A stretch of DNA of 64,000 nt from Hypanus sabinus (GCF_030144855.1 NC_082727.1:29512001-29576000), one strand, 5' to 3'; positions 46,201 to 60,883 are shown, counted from the stretch's first letter. Notes: generated by a model from the sequence alone, not told the origin. Program-made: numbers and translations.

Positions 46201-48924
46201 CAGCATTAATGGTGAGGGACAGATAAGTAAATAGAACCTATCAATAGCCTTTTGGCCCATTACGTCTGTGCTGACCAGGATGCCAATTTTAACTGCCCGT
46301 CTGTCTGCATGTGGCCTATATCCCTCCATTCTAATCCTTTTGTACATTGGAGAGAAAGAAGTACAGTGTATGCAGAGGGTATTAGTTAGGTTGACCATTT
46401 GATGAATAATTTAATTGGTTTGGCACAACATTGTGGGATGAAGGGCCTGTTTTGGTGCTGCACTGTTCTACGTTAACTTGAATTATTGAGATGCCCTACA
46501 AGGTACTTTCAAAGTGGAGATACCATTCTGTAGCTAATGAATTAGCAGCAGCCAATTTAGAGCAAATTACTGCAAACAGTTATGTAATGATCAGCTAATG
46601 TCTCTTTGTTCTAGTGTTTGAGGAATACAGATTGACCAGTGCATGGAGATAAATCTCTTGCTCTTCTTGTTACATCATGGGAATTTTTTATAGCTGTATG
46701 AAAGCAGACTCATTACAAAAAGGCACAATAGCCAACTCAAAATTCTTAACGATATAGGGACAGCTGCAAGTTAATCCACTTCTTACCATTCAGTCCTGGC
46801 TGATACGTACCTTAACTATACCTCTACTTCTTATTTCAATATCCTTTAATATACAAAGATTTCGCAATATCAGTTTTGAAATTTTGTAATGACACCCAGA
46901 TGCAACATCATTTTTCTTGAATGAAGGGAGCTCAGATTTCTAAAAGATTTCCTATGAAGATTTCCAGCATCTGCAGATTTCCTCATGTTTCCTATGAAGA
47001 AATGTTTTTTGATGCCAACTCTGAATACCCTTCTCTAAATTGGAGTTGATGATCATGTGTTCTCTTCCTTCACTAAATCAAATGCTTTTTCTCTGTCAAA
47101 TCCTTTTTGGTACCTTGTATAAGCACATTAGATCATTCTCTTTACCTTGTGTGCTCAAGGAAATAATCTCAATCTCTACAACCTGTCATGGGCGGCACAG
47201 TTAGCGCAACACTTTACAGCTGTTAGATCAGGGCTTGATTCCTGCTGCTGTCTATATGTTCTCCCCGTGACTGCATGGGTTTCCTCTGGGTGCTCCAGCT
47301 TCCTCCCACATTCTGAAGACATACAGTAGGGTTAGTGAGACGTGGGCACGCTATGTTGGCATTGGAAGCGCGGCGATACTTATGGGCTGCCTGATATAAT
47401 CTTTGCTGATTTGATACAATGCAAAACTTAACACATTTCATAGTGTGTTTCAATATGCGCGTGTCAAATAAAGCTTATCTTTCTTTATTATTACCTTAGC
47501 TGCAGCACTGATCCATTCAGTCTCTGCTATCCCGATCTACTCTTTTTGAAAGTCATATCCTCATCTGAATGCTGTTGTCCTGATGGGATTAGTCAGAGCT
47601 CTGTGCAGAGTCCTGTGCAGGACTAAAACTTTGTCCTTTGTTATTTCAACCTTTTTGAGATAAAGCCATCTTTTCATTTGTCATTTTTCTTTCTACTGTA
47701 TATTGGATCCCTGATTCTCTTTGATCATTCACAACTCTGAGTTGCTTACATTTAGAACAAAGTCTAATGTTATGTTTCAGTGTGGATCATCTCGCACGTT
47801 TCCATATTGAACTCCGACAGCCACGTCGCATATTAATTTATACTTACAACTTTTTCCTGCCATCTGCACTGTTTATTGTGGACTGTCATTTGGTGTCATC
47901 AGAAAGTGAGAATATATGTCATTATGCTGTCACCATGTAACTGAAGTTTAACCCTTCGCCCTCCCACCCTCTCTCACATCCTCTTCCACTCTCAAGATGT
48001 CTGCTGAGGTCTCTAAAGCAAACTTGTATCTATGTTTAACTCAGATATGAACATGCTTCATAAACCATTTTCCACTTAAATATCTGATATCTGATCTTTT
48101 TATCTTTCTAAATACTGTGATTCCAAGCTGCTTCTCACTTTGTAGATTCACTTCCCAGCTGAATAACTTCCTCAGTTTTATTTTTGATTGTGTTCACAGA
48201 GTTATTTATAAATTCCAGAGATTCCATACCTGATTCTGCCACCAGCAGAGTTTATTGCTAAAATATAAAATAATGGAGAAGTCTTATGAGTTCTGCTAAT
48301 TTGTGTGTTAAATGGCAGTGTGTTTTTCCTCCTCCACTTGTAAATAAAACTCATTTATAAACCTATTCCTGCTGTGTCAGGAGTAACATTTTACAATCTT
48401 TCACCATGTTCTCTATCACAATCCCATGCATTCTCAATCAATTTCCTGCCACCATGCAGCACAGGGCTCGTTTAAGATACTTTGCTTCAATAATAATGCC
48501 ATTAACTTGCCCAGTTTATTTTTTCAGTGGCTTCATCTCATTTAATGCTGAATGATTATAAATGTTCACTGTTGTCAGTGGGTGAAGTTGTAATAGTTTC
48601 TCCCCCTCCCCCCAGGCAGTTAGTCTGAGCAATCATTCTAGTTGCCCTCCCCTCATTTCCGCCCACCCCATCTATACCTTAGCCACTGCAGTGCAGTGTA
48701 AACCAGTTTTTAGAATGCTGTTTACATCGTAAATAAATGCTGATATTTATGCATGTTGTATTCCATATACAAACTCTTAACATTTGTATATAATTCTTTA
48801 TCTTTCAGAATTGTTGAATTTTGTTGTTTTTGTTGCACACTGCGCCAACTCTACAGTAAATTCCTAATACGTGTAAATGTATATGGGGAATAAAGCTGAT
48901 CCTTGATCTGCAGGAAAGGCCATA

Positions 48925-49380
48925 TAGAAACATAGAAAACCTACAGCACAATACAGGCCCTTTGGCCCACAATGCTGTGCCGAACACGTACTTACTTTAG
49001 AAATTAACTCGGGTTACCCATGGCCCTCTATTTTTCTAAGCTCCATGTACCTATCCAGGAGTCTCTTAAAAGACCCTATCGTATCTGCCTCCACCACCAT
49101 TGCCGGCAGCCCATTCCACGTGCTCACCACTCTGTGTAAAAAAAAAACTTACCCACGATATCTCCTCTGTACTTACTTGCAAGCACCTTAAAACTGCCCT
49201 CTCGTGTGAGCCATTTCAGCCCTGGGAAAAAGCCTCTGACTATCCACATGATCAATGCTTCTCATCATACCTCTATCAGGTCACCTCTCATCCTCAGCTG
49301 CTCCAAGGAGAAAGACCAAGTTCACTCACCCTATCCTCATAAGGCATGCTCCCCCATCCAGGCAACATGATGTAGAAATC
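48925..49380 (-). mobile_element. CR1 3' fragment
   Basis: catagaaacatagaaa tail and CR1 C-terminal coding remnant (YEDRVSELGL). Confidence 0.75.
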
Positions 49381-50987
49381 TGCTAGAGTCTTGAGTAACA
49401 TACCAAATCTCCTCAAACTTCTCATGAAGTAGAGCCACTGGCATGTTTTCATGATTGCATTGCTGGGCTTGGGACAGATCCCCTGAAACGTGGACACCCA
49501 GGAATTTGAAGCTGCTCACTCTTTCTACCAGTGACCACATCAATAAGGCTGGTGCACATTGCTGATGTTTAGTAAGAGTCCTGTTAGTGTCAGATGCTGG
49601 TGCTTGATGTGCGATGATATTGCACTGCTTACTGTCTGGAATGAAGGTACTCAAAGACACAGTTGCACAGTTCACACAGTTAAAAGGTCACAGAATAGCT
49701 GGTCCTTACTGAAGTATTAGAGCAGAATAAATCATTTTGCTGTTATACAAGGCAATAACAAATGAACTATATCAAGCCGTGTCTGTTTATCACGGTACCA
49801 TCTCTTTTCTGAGAAAGGATGAAGGGGCTCTTTCTTAGATGCCACACAGGTTTTTCCCTCACGATGGGCTTTGTTCATGAGTCACAGAAGTATAATAAAT
49901 GAAGGTACTGCCTGTCTGCTTTGCAATAATCTTTAAACTCCTTGTATTCTGTTTTTGGGTCTTCCCGTAACAAATCCCACACCAGCAGGTTCAGGAACAA
50001 TCATTCTCCTTCAACCATCAGGCTCCTGAACCGGCATGAATAACCTCAACCATGACTCTGATTCCACAACCTTTGAACTCACTTTGAAGGACTCTTTCAA
50101 ATTCTCAGTACTATTAATTAACTTAATTACGTATTATTATTTTTTTGGTATTTGCACTTATTTTGCACATTGGTTGTCAGTCTTTGTGTGTAGTTTTTCA
50201 TTGATTCGAGTGTGTTTCTTTGTTGTACTGTGAATGCTTGCGTGAAAATGAATCTCAGGATAATATATAGTGAAATATAGGTACTTTGATAATAAATTTA
50301 CTTTGAACGTTAAGCTTTGAAATCCACAGTATTGAGTGGAGGTTTGTTTCAGATTCTGAGTAACTCGTGCAGGTTGGAGACACAAGAAACTGCGGTTGCT
50401 GGAATCTGGAGCAAAAGTAACAAGTTGCTGGAGAAGCTCAGAGAGTCAGACAGCATCTTTGGAGGATGCAGACAGTAGGTGTCTTGGGTCAAGACCCAAT
50501 CCACTTGAATAGTCTCAACTGCAAAGTCAACTCTCTGCTTCCCTTCACAAATGCTTCCTAAACTGCTGTGTTCCCACATTAGCTTGATATTTAACTTACC
50601 TAATATGACCGAACAAAAACTATAAAAATCCCGGTATATTTCTATAGTGATGGGGTCAAAAATATTCAAGTCAGTACTTTTATGTGGAGGGTTAAGCTTT
50701 CGAAGATGTGGGAAGGAGGCGACAAGGTATAGTGGCTATGCAAGGGAATCTCAGACAGGAGAGGAGTAATGAGTTAAGCAGATTGGCCAACCTAATCAGA
50801 AGAAAACTAGAGTGAGGGAATTTAAACTTGCAATATACAGTAAACGTTTTTTTTTCTTTTTGCTGTGTCTGTATTTTATAAATCTTGTATTGCCTTCTTC
50901 CACAAACTCAATATTTGGCTTGCAGACAACAATAGCTGTGTTGCAATAAATGAGAAAGTAACATTTTGCATTCCATTTTTCTTCCAG

Positions 50988-51119
50988 AACTGGCAAGAGA
51001 ATTGAACTTTTCTGTTGATGATATAAATCAGATTCGGGTTGAAAATCCAAACTCTTTAACCACTCAGAGCTTTATACTGTTGAAGAAATGGATTGTTCGA
51101 GATGGAAAAAATGCTACAA
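50988..51119 (+). CDS. ANK3: ANK3 exon, death domain part 2 ([44 protein letters not shown])
   Basis: ttccag|AA...ACAA|gtgagt; 132 nt, phase 1 to 1. Translated by hand. Confidence 0.97.
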
Positions 51120-54100
51120 GTGAGTTAAGTGGATAAGGGGATGACACATTTTGGGTTAGAACTTATTGGAAAATGCTCGTGTTTTTCCCTTCATGGCACT
51201 TGGGAATCCTATACAAATTCCACAATCTTAAACTTATTTCCTATTCTGCATTGGCAAATTCCCAACTATACTCTGAAGTTAAACATGAGGAATTCATGGG
51301 CAGAGCCCTGACTTGCAGTATTTCCCAGTACTTACACTGGTTAGACCTAGTGCAGGAACAGCAAGTCCATTCATTTCAAAGGTGAGGAATGACAGTCAGT
51401 CTCCTAGTCTTCAATAATTTACCACTTTTTAAAAACTTAATTGTGTCCTATTTACTTTCCAAAAGGTGTTTTAATTAAACAATTTAGAATGTTAATATAT
51501 ATTAAACATTTTAATTTGTCAAAATACAATTAGCTAATATTTTAAAATGCTGAAAACAATTGGTTTGTAATATATTTTATGAATGCTTTGAAATGGACAT
51601 TCAGAAAATTTCAAGGATTTGGACGGGTTTCGCAAGAAGATGAAACTTGGGACATTGCTTAGCTGGCTGTCAGCTTGTTTTGTGGGTGGAGCACTTCCAT
51701 GTGTCTGCAACTATATTATGATAAACTTGGCTGAAGGGCAGTACTGTAGAAGCAGTTCAACAATAGGGAATCTGTAAAAGATGGTAACATAGATTGTGTA
51801 TTCTGTCCCATTTCTTGTACAGAGGATTAACAACTGATGTGCACAATTTGTAACATACACAGTCTGTGTAATCTTTTTACAGTTATGCCTTGAGCTGTTA
51901 ATAGACATCATGAATGTCAACTTCACAAAGTCAATTTTTAAAATCATGAAGCTATAGGGTTTTAGAGCAATACAACCATAACACAGTAGGAGACTATGTG
52001 GCCCATTGTTTGTCCACCTGGTTTTCTGAAAGATCTTCCAATTAATCTGATACTTGACCGTTTCTTCTTTAGGTAATTTCAAGACCCTTTTAAGAAGTTA
52101 ATACTGAATGTACTTCTGCCCCCTTCTCAGACAGTGTCTTTCTAAAAGAAATTGTTATGTTTTATGGATTCTTATTTTAGCTTTCTGAGATTTTCTTTTT
52201 TGGTCCTCTGGGGTTTGAGTGTCATCATGCACTTCACTGTATTGTGATAAATAAATCTGAATAATTCTGTGAAAGTTTTAAGATACAACGGCAAAAAGCA
52301 CTGTCTGGATCTAAATAAGTGACTTGATTCAGGAAAAAGTTTGGAGTTTATCTGCATTGGGAATTAAGCTTCTGATCTGATAGCACTAATGAATATGGAA
52401 TAGTCCTGGGATTTGCTGGTGTAGGAGGTTTATCTGATTGACATCGAATGGAAACAAAAAGGTTTTGGTAGAAATGTGGAAAACAGAGCTGAACTATTTT
52501 GGAACATAAGGCTTGCTTGTTGGATTCCAGTGTGTTAGAAGTGAAAGGGGTCTCAGGCAATGTCTGGATTTGGAGAAGATTCCCATTGTGCATTGCATAG
52601 TGTTCACAGTTTGATGTTTCATCTATAACAATGATGTTTAGTGGATAGTTCAGGATATTTTCTCTAACCCCAAATGCCCTTGAGGTAGCATTGGCAGGCT
52701 GCCACTGTCCAAATGATAAAAGTGTCTGAGGGCATTTTTCTGTAGAGATTTTCTGCATTCTGACCCAGCAATGATTCAGGAATGACAATACATTTTTTAT
52801 CATGTATCCTTGGAAAAGAACATTCAAATGCAGAAGGCTTGAGATTATTCCTTCCCCTTTCTGTCTAAACGGGTAGAGATCATGGGTCAAGGAGGCCATG
52901 GTGACTTGTTTCTGTGCATCTTTCCGATGGTATGTGCTACAGCTTGTGATGAAGAGTGTTAATATTTATGGCAATGCATGAAGTGCTATTAATAAGAGCT
53001 GTTTTGTTCTGGATATTATTGAGCTGTACCTGTCCAAGCAAGTGAAAAGCAAAAAGCAATAAGCAATCCATTGCATTCCTGGCTGGTAGCTGATAGAAGG
53101 AATTCAGAAAATTAGCTAAGTCATTTGCCTCAGGCATGGTTTTGTGATTAGTTGTCTTAAATCGTGGTCAGTGGCAACCCAACCAAAGGAAGTTGTTGGG
53201 TGAAGAGAAGCATGGGGACATGACAATGGCAATGCTGTTGAATGTCACGGTGAGGTGATTTCAGGGACATCAAAGGATGGCCATTACTGGTGTAAATGCA
53301 ATTCACAGATTATCAACCTAAGCTTAAATGTTATTTAAGTGTTGCATCCAGGCACAGAATGAATTGTTATCTGCAGAGTTGAATTATGAACATTGTTTAG
53401 ACGACTCCTCTTCTGGCACATTGGAGGAAAGCTGTTTGTCCAACTTCACTGCCTTAATGAGCTTCTGCAGAGATCCCTGGGACTGAGCTGCATTACTGAA
53501 CAACCACAAAGTATTCCTTTGTGCTAGCTATGTCTCTGTTTTGGAGAGGTTCCCAGACATCTCAGAGGGTACAGTGTGAATATTGGGTTTGGAACCTTCC
53601 CATCTTCACAGGGCAGTAGTTTTGCTGGTCTCCCCACGTGTGTTAGATTTGAATTGGATAAACTTTCCTTTCAACATCTTAAACTTTAAGAAAGTTTAGT
53701 TCACTATTTAATTATGGGATGGGAGCTAGACAATGACGTTGGGAAATCCATTTCAACTCAGTCAGTTTCCTGCAAAGATACTATTGTTATTGGTCATTTG
53801 AGAGAAGCAGGGAGGCGGTCTACCTCAAACTTCACTTTTTTTTGTAAATAAACCCCATTAAAATGTCGCTGTGCCTCATTCACTTAAGGCTGAGTTTATG
53901 TTATAGCACAACAGAAGAATAATTAATGAAGTTCGCTTTCTCTGCCAGCATCTTTCTGACACGCTCTCACATTCTTCATATACAGAATCATAGCACTCTT
54001 TGCAATACCTTAGACTTCTGGGAGGCTGGGGACTTGAAATAAAACCTTAAAGTTTGAAAAACAATTCGAGATAAAACTGTAATCATTTTCCTGTGATTTT

Positions 54101-55260
54101 TAAAAAATGATCTTTCTTTTGTAATATAGTAAATGTGTTACTGAAGAAGAATTTCAGATAGTGATTTCTGCATCTTTTGCCCCTTTGGTGGGCAGATTAA
54201 ACAGGATGATGAACTCCCATTATTAGATGTTAACAGTGTTGAGAATGAGTGAGTACAGACATTGACCATTCTCTCCTTCAGATAGGTTTATTCATAAGTG
54301 ACCTGCATCTTCAATCCATTTTGCCCCCCTCCCCTCTATATTCTTAGATGCTCTACCCTATCAGAAGTCTATAGATCTTCATTCTGAAAACCTTAACTAA
54401 GCTTTTGGAGGGCAGGGTGGCAGGAACAAGAGAAAATCTACAGATGCTGGAAATCCGAGCAACACACTCAAAACTCAGCAGGCCAGGCAGGCAGATTCCA
54501 GGCAGAGAGTACAGTCGCAGTTTCGGGCTGAAACCCTTCGGCAGGACCGGAGGAAAGAAAAGCTGAGGAGTAGATTTAAAAGGTGGAGGGAGGGAAGAGA
54601 GAAACACAAAGTGATAGGTGAAGCCCGAAGGGGAAGGGGATGAAGTAAAGACCTGAGAAGTAAATTGGTGAAAGAGTCAGAAGGCCATGAAAGAAAGAAA
54701 AGTGGGGAGGAACACCAGAGGGAGGCAATGGGTGGGCAAGGAGCAAAGGTGAGAGAGGGGAAAGGGAATAGGGAATAGTGAGGGAAAAGGGAGATGGGGG
54801 GCATTACCAGAAGTTCAAGAAATCGATGTTCATGCCATCAGGTTGGCGGCTACCCAAACAGAATATATAAGGTGTTGTTCCTCCAACCAGAGTGCAGCCT
54901 CATCACAACAGTGGTGCTGGAAAATGCTTCTCGGCTTCTTTGTTTTGGACTCACTCACCTTCGGCATTTCCAAGCAGATGTAAAACTGATCCACTTCTTG
55001 ACCATACTTTAGCAGATCAGCATGCCTACTTCAAATTCAGAACTAGTCATCAATGACCTTTTAAAAGATTAGTTTTCAGATAAGAAAGGCTACTTTATCT
55101 GAGGAGAATATTAATAGTGTGTCCTGTGAAAAGTTGCATTTTCTGATAGGATGGATGACAACTTTTGGAACGGATTAGCTAATAACAAAAACACTGCTGG
55201 TTCTGTTGGAGTATTTTGGATCATGATGTTCAGTCAGCATATTTTTTGCTCTCTCTGCAG

Positions 55261-55404
55261 CTGATACCTTAAGCGGAGTCCTCAAAAAGATCAATCGAAT
55301 GGACATCGTGACCTTACTAGAAGGCCCAATATTTGACTATGGTAATGTTTCTGGCACAAGAAGTTTTGCTGACGACAGCAGTGTATTCCTGGATCAGTCT
55401 GATG
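55261..55404 (+). CDS. ANK3: ANK3 exon, death domain part 3 (TDTLSGVLKKINRMDIVTLLEGPIFDYGNVSGTRSFADDSSVFLDQSD)
   Basis: ctgcag|CT...GATG|gtaact; 144 nt, phase 1 to 1. Confidence 0.97.
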
Positions 55405-58400
55405 GTAACTTCTCGTTTTTACACTTCTGTTTGGGGGAAGTTGGTAGTTCACTGAATTAATGCAAAGGACAAGGCACTGTATTTAATTTGTTTCAGTAAA
55501 TTATTGTCTTTGACAATAACCAGACCAAGTTAATTTCTTGAAGTATAAATTGATACAGAATGTTAATAGATTAAAGCCGGAGTAATGCTTTGAAGCTAAG
55601 AAGGTTATTCGCTAATATTTGTGCCGCAGAATATATTATTCTGATGATGCAGTTCACTGATAGATGTGTGAGAATTCAATCGCAGAGAACACTTTGTTCA
55701 GCTGAAGTTTCCAACCTATACATTAATGAAGAGTGTAGAATTACAGCCAGGTAAAATGAGTGTCCTTGCATTGTAGGTTATTTTTTCCTGCTATTTCACT
55801 TTTCTTACAATTGTTTTGTACAGATGCTTCTTTACAGTTGTAACTACTTCTTTGTCACTCGTCCTCTCTGAACCTGCCGGCACTCCTCCTCTGCCAAGAT
55901 CAAACTGTCTCTGTTCTCCTCTCGGCTGACTTTGGGAAACTCCGCTGGTTGCGCTCTGCTCACTGATTAGCAAACTGGAACTCCTTTTACTGCACCTATC
56001 CCAGTCTCACTCCAGGCCTTTCCCATTGCCAGGGTCACATGTTAAAGCAGCTTCGGTCACATGAATATTTCTGTTGTTTATGTGCTGTCACAATGTTGAT
56101 CACTTGAAATCAATTTTTATCTTTTTTAATCAGTGTGCTTATCTGTACATTTGACCTTGTGTTCACATGAATCTTTCCTCTCTTTGCCTTCATCCTGGTC
56201 AATAAAATCCATTAGATCTGAAATCATCTTGTAAAAGCTTTCTTCTGTATTTTCCACCTTCTCTCGTTATCATTGTTTTCAGTCATTGTCGAAATTCTGT
56301 GGGAATAAATGCTGCATTTGCAAGCCTAAGAATTAATCCAAAGAGTCAGTAAAAAAAATATAGGAATGTGGAGCCTTGTAATTTGATAATAGTTTAAATG
56401 GGGCAATAGTGCATTCAATATAACAAGAATTCCAATCAATGTGTACCATAATACAGCGTGTCAACATTGGAAAACAAGATGTTCACCTTTATGCAAGGAA
56501 AGCACTGGGACAAATTGTGCTCAACTCAACCCTTGTATTCAGTCTGAACTCCAACCTCAAGAACATCCCAATGTCTTCAAAAGTTATCAAAGACATGTGT
56601 CATTGCTTTTAATTGAAATTGGTGTTTAGGGACATTCACCATTTGTATGAATAGATTCGAATGTGGTTAGGTTTAAGTTCAGTTGCGTTCAACATTCAGT
56701 TAATTATGAGCCTGATGTGAAATAATAAATAAATATAAACTGAGGTTCTTCATGACATTGAGGGGCTGGATGCCTAGTGCATCTGAGTCCAATGCCAGAT
56801 TGGGAGTTCAAGCATGCTTACTATTGTGAGCAGGCACAGAAGTCAACGATGAACTAAGCATCAATGGCTGACTGGTTGGGCGGGCTGGCTGGCTAGTTCT
56901 CTATAGCTCAGTAGCTCTACTCATCTTCACCTGGACTTTGTGTGGCATTTGATTTAAACAGTGGCAGTAATTTACCAGCAAAATAACCAACAACAGCACA
57001 CTTTAAGGAATAAAAACAAAACAAAGCTGTAACAGTCACTGATCCAGAGATGGTATAGGGGAGATGGTTAAAGCCCAGATGGAAGGTTTTAAAAGAAAGT
57101 CTTCACAGAGAAGGGAGATGGGGTATGTTACATATGTGCGGAGCAAGAACAACAGATGAGCAGTATGATCAAACTCTTTTACTGAGTCATGTTAGTTCCG
57201 GTACACATTGGGAAGCCTACAGTTCAGACGCTACGAACTGGGTCCACCAAAATGAAAACGTGGGCACTTGAAAGCCTGAGTGCCTCCCACACATTGGAGC
57301 ACCATTCGATTGACTACATGATTAACTGGCCAAACGTGCACCCGCCACAATCTCATAATCAATCTGATACGGTACAGACCTCTTGCCCAAATGTCTGAAG
57401 GAATGGCAGTCAGCACTTGGATGAAAGGAGTAGATTATTGTACAGCTAAGTGCTGAGAGCCACACCCCGCACCCCCCCCCCCCCACCCTTCAGAATATAT
57501 TACCAAGAGACAACAAGTGTAAGTGGATTAGGAGAGAGAACCAAAGGTCATACTTCCAAACATTGGATGAAAGATCCACAAACCTTCCCTTCAGCAAGTG
57601 GTGCTGCTTTAGACATGAAATAATAACCTTGAATGTATTATTTCACACAGCCAATTAAAAAAGCTGAAACAGTTATCATTGGTCAGATGGGGTTGATAAG
57701 AAAAGACAGATGCATATTGAGCAGAATTTAGCTAACACAGGACGAGGAAAAACAGCATTCTGGAGAGCAAGGATTCATGATGCTACGTTACACAATGTGT
57801 CTCATTGTTGTACTCTCAAAAGCAAAGGAAACCAAGAATTCAGGGTCACCTGAAGTTAGTATCTACCTCAAGGAACTTGGGTTTTGTGTACTACTGGCTC
57901 ATCTGTAAGGCCTATAACGTTCATGGTCCTGAGGTGAACCATGCCAGTGTTAAAAGGCTGGATTTGGAGAGTAGATGTAAAGATTTGGTGTTAATTGTAG
58001 AAAAATAAATCACTGCTGTGCCACAGTGAAACCACCAGGTCCCCAGCCACTCATTTATCTCACTGCCAGGGATTTGTGATGGGATTTTATATTGACCTGA
58101 TGTTGCAATTTTGCCTTTCCCATCCATTGCCATTCAGTGAAAATCACTGCCAGCTTTCTTTTTAAAGAATGCCCTGTTTATTGTCCCTTTTTAAAAATCT
58201 AAATAAGAGTGCCAAATGAAACAAAGTTTTAGTAATAGAGTGTGTGAACATTTCTGAGCTGCGTAGTCATAAGCAGTAAAAATTCAAAGGGCAGCATTTT
58301 TTAAAAACATTTATTAGGCAAGTGGGGGCTGGGCATATCAGTGGCAGTTTATTTGTGAAACTTTGTTATTGACATCTTCCATGGAGGTGGTTTTAGGTAA

Positions 58401-59189
58401 TTACACAGTCAGTTTTGATTAATTAATTTGATAAAATTAAGTTAATGGTGTCTTTCACAAAAAAAAACTACTTTAGGGCATTCCATTTCCCATTCTCATT
58501 TTAACTTGATGGTCCATGGCCTTTGCTGCCACAATGAGGCCACTCTCGAGTTGGAGGAACACCGCCTCCAACTTGACAGTATTAACATTGATTTCTTTTT
58601 CCAGTACCAATTCTGGCTCTCCTTTTACCCCTTCCTTTCTTATTTGCCCATCACCTCCCTCTGGTGCACCACCTCTTCCTTCCCTTTCTCCCATAGTTTA
58701 CTCTCCTCTCCTATCAGATTCCTTCTTCCTCAGACCTTTATCTCCTCCATCTATAGCATCTCAGCTTCTCACTTCATTCCCCCTCCAGCACCCACCTACC
58801 TTCTCACCTATCACCTGCCAGCGTGCACTCCTTCCCCCTCCACCCACTTCTCGTTCTGGCTTCCTCCCCCTTCTTTTCCAGTCGGGATGAAAGGTCTTGG
58901 CCTGAAACATCAACTGTTCATTCCCCTCCGTAGATGCTGCCTGACCTGCTGAGTACCTCCAGCATTGTGGATGTATGTGTTCCTCTGGGATTTCCAGCAT
59001 CTGCAGAATCTCCTTTGTTTATGTAGGGTAGTTGATTGCAATGTAACTATACGATAGTTATTTCCGCACAGTTACATTTCACCATCAGTGTTGAGTAAGT
59101 TCATGTTGTGTTACCATTACTTGTTGTGTTTCTGTATGCGATCCTGCATGTTGTCTGTAGTTTGTTCCATTGTGTTTTTGCTCACTCAG

Positions 59190-59883
59190 GCTACTCTTCC
59201 ATCCATGCGGAGCTGCTGACACCTGCTGCGTTAAGCTACTTGCCACCCACCCCTCTTCACTGTGATGATTATTTTAGTAATTACCCCAGTGTACAATCAG
59301 CTTCCCCAACTCCCCATCAAGTTAGTCTGGCAACAAAAGAATTATCACCTTTCAGCGATGCTGAGGAAATTTCAGCAGATTTTGCTCATGCTGATTTGCC
59401 TGGGCCCTCTCTGGTGACAGATGAGGCGGTCGCTTCCTTACCTGGGAAAGTGGATGAGCCAGAAAGTACCAAATGTGACTCTGACTTCCAGCCCGAGAGT
59501 GGTACCATTTGTGTTGCTCATCTGTCCACTAATATAGAGCAGGTGGATCATGTCCAGCCACAGAAGGATGACTACGTGGCCGAACAAAAGGTGTCTCCCA
59601 ATCAGGCGCAGCAAGAAGGAAGACCTGATACACCCAGTACTGAGGATCTTGAAGGGTCCATAAGAGACATGGAGGTGGTGCAGCCAAGGCGAAGTTCCAG
59701 AGGTTCAGAGGATGAGGAGGTGACAAAGGAAGAAGTCCACATGCTTCACCCTGCCCAGATTTCCCAGAAAGAATTTTTTACAGTTCCAGGTTGGCGCAGC
59801 GACGCATCCAGTGTAGACGTGGAGCCACCAACTCCGAAGAGCTGTCACCTGAGTACTGATGATCTGGATGAAGGCAGCGCCAA
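59190..59883 (+). CDS. ANK3: ANK3 C-terminal regulatory-domain exon (long form; short form starts at 59790)
   Basis: actcag|GC TAC...GCC AA|gtaagt. GYSSIHAELLTP...PPTPLHCDDYFS resembles the rodent acidic C-terminal insert; the internal ccag|GT TGG gives GWRSD. Confidence 0.88.
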
Positions 59884-60802
59884 GTAAGTGGGATGTTCTC
59901 ATACCGCTGTCGCGATGAAACTTACGTGTTGCAGCAGGTGGTCACACCACTCTCCTACCCTAAAACCCATTTGCTGCAGTGCCATTTGTATCTCCAAGGT
60001 GCTTTCAGTTGAAGTACTCCAGTAATATGGCAATTGTGCTTTGCAATGCACATGCATTTAGTGGCTAAAGATCAGCTTTATTTGTTACATGGGAACATAC
60101 AGTGAAATGCATCAGACCAAACCAGTGAGTATCGTGCTGGGCAGCCTGCAAGTATCACCATGCTTCTGGCGCCAACACAGCATGCCCACAACTCGCTGAC
60201 CCTAACTGTACAACTTTGTACTGTGGGAGGAAACCGGTGCACCCAGAGGAAACCCAGCTAGTCACGTGGAGATTGTACAGACGCCTTACAGACAGAGGTG
60301 GGAGTTGAACTCCGCTCGTACAGCTAGTGCTGTAACCATCTTATGCTAACCACTACGCTACCGTACATGCCATTTAGCAGAATCCCATAACCAGTAGTGC
60401 AGTCACGATCTAATTATCTGGCTTATTGATATTGGTCAAGGGATAAATGTTGGTCAGCACTCTGGGGATGGAATAATGCTCTTCAGAATATTGCATTGGA
60501 TTGCTTTGCGTTCACTTTATAGAGCAGGTTTGACCTTGGTTTAATGTTTCAAGCAAAAGACAACAACTCCAGTCATGCAGTTCTTTTTTAGTACTGCACT
60601 CATTTTGACGTATTAGACTTTATGCTCAAGTCTCTGACATTGGACCTGGATGCATAACTTTCTGGGTCAGGAAAGGAGAACATTACCAGGTGATGGGATT
60701 TTCTTCTTTTGTCTGTTGGTTGTGAAACAACTGTGAACAGTCCATCTAGTTTTTACTGCCATAACTGAAATGGAAAGTTTTGACTAGTTAGTTCTCCTAA
60801 AG

Positions 60803-60883
60803 CAGAAGTTTCCTAACCTTCTTTATGCCATAGACTCCTTCCGTTAACCGAGGGGTCTGTAGACCCCAGGTTGGGAACTCCTG
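60803..60883. mobile_element. 81-bp hAT (Charlie-type) MITE
   Basis: TIRs cagaagtttcctaacc / ggttgggaactcctg and exact 8-bp TSD tcctaaag (60795-60802, 60884-60891). Confidence 0.85.

Noticed and set aside
52348-52899. 183-aa minus-strand ORF
   Set aside because: No recognisable domain or splice support; probably old repeat-derived sequence.
59108-59189. Hydrophobic signal-peptide-like start of the 259-aa ORF
   Set aside because: It is the translated polypyrimidine tract of the intron, and the start codon is not ATG.
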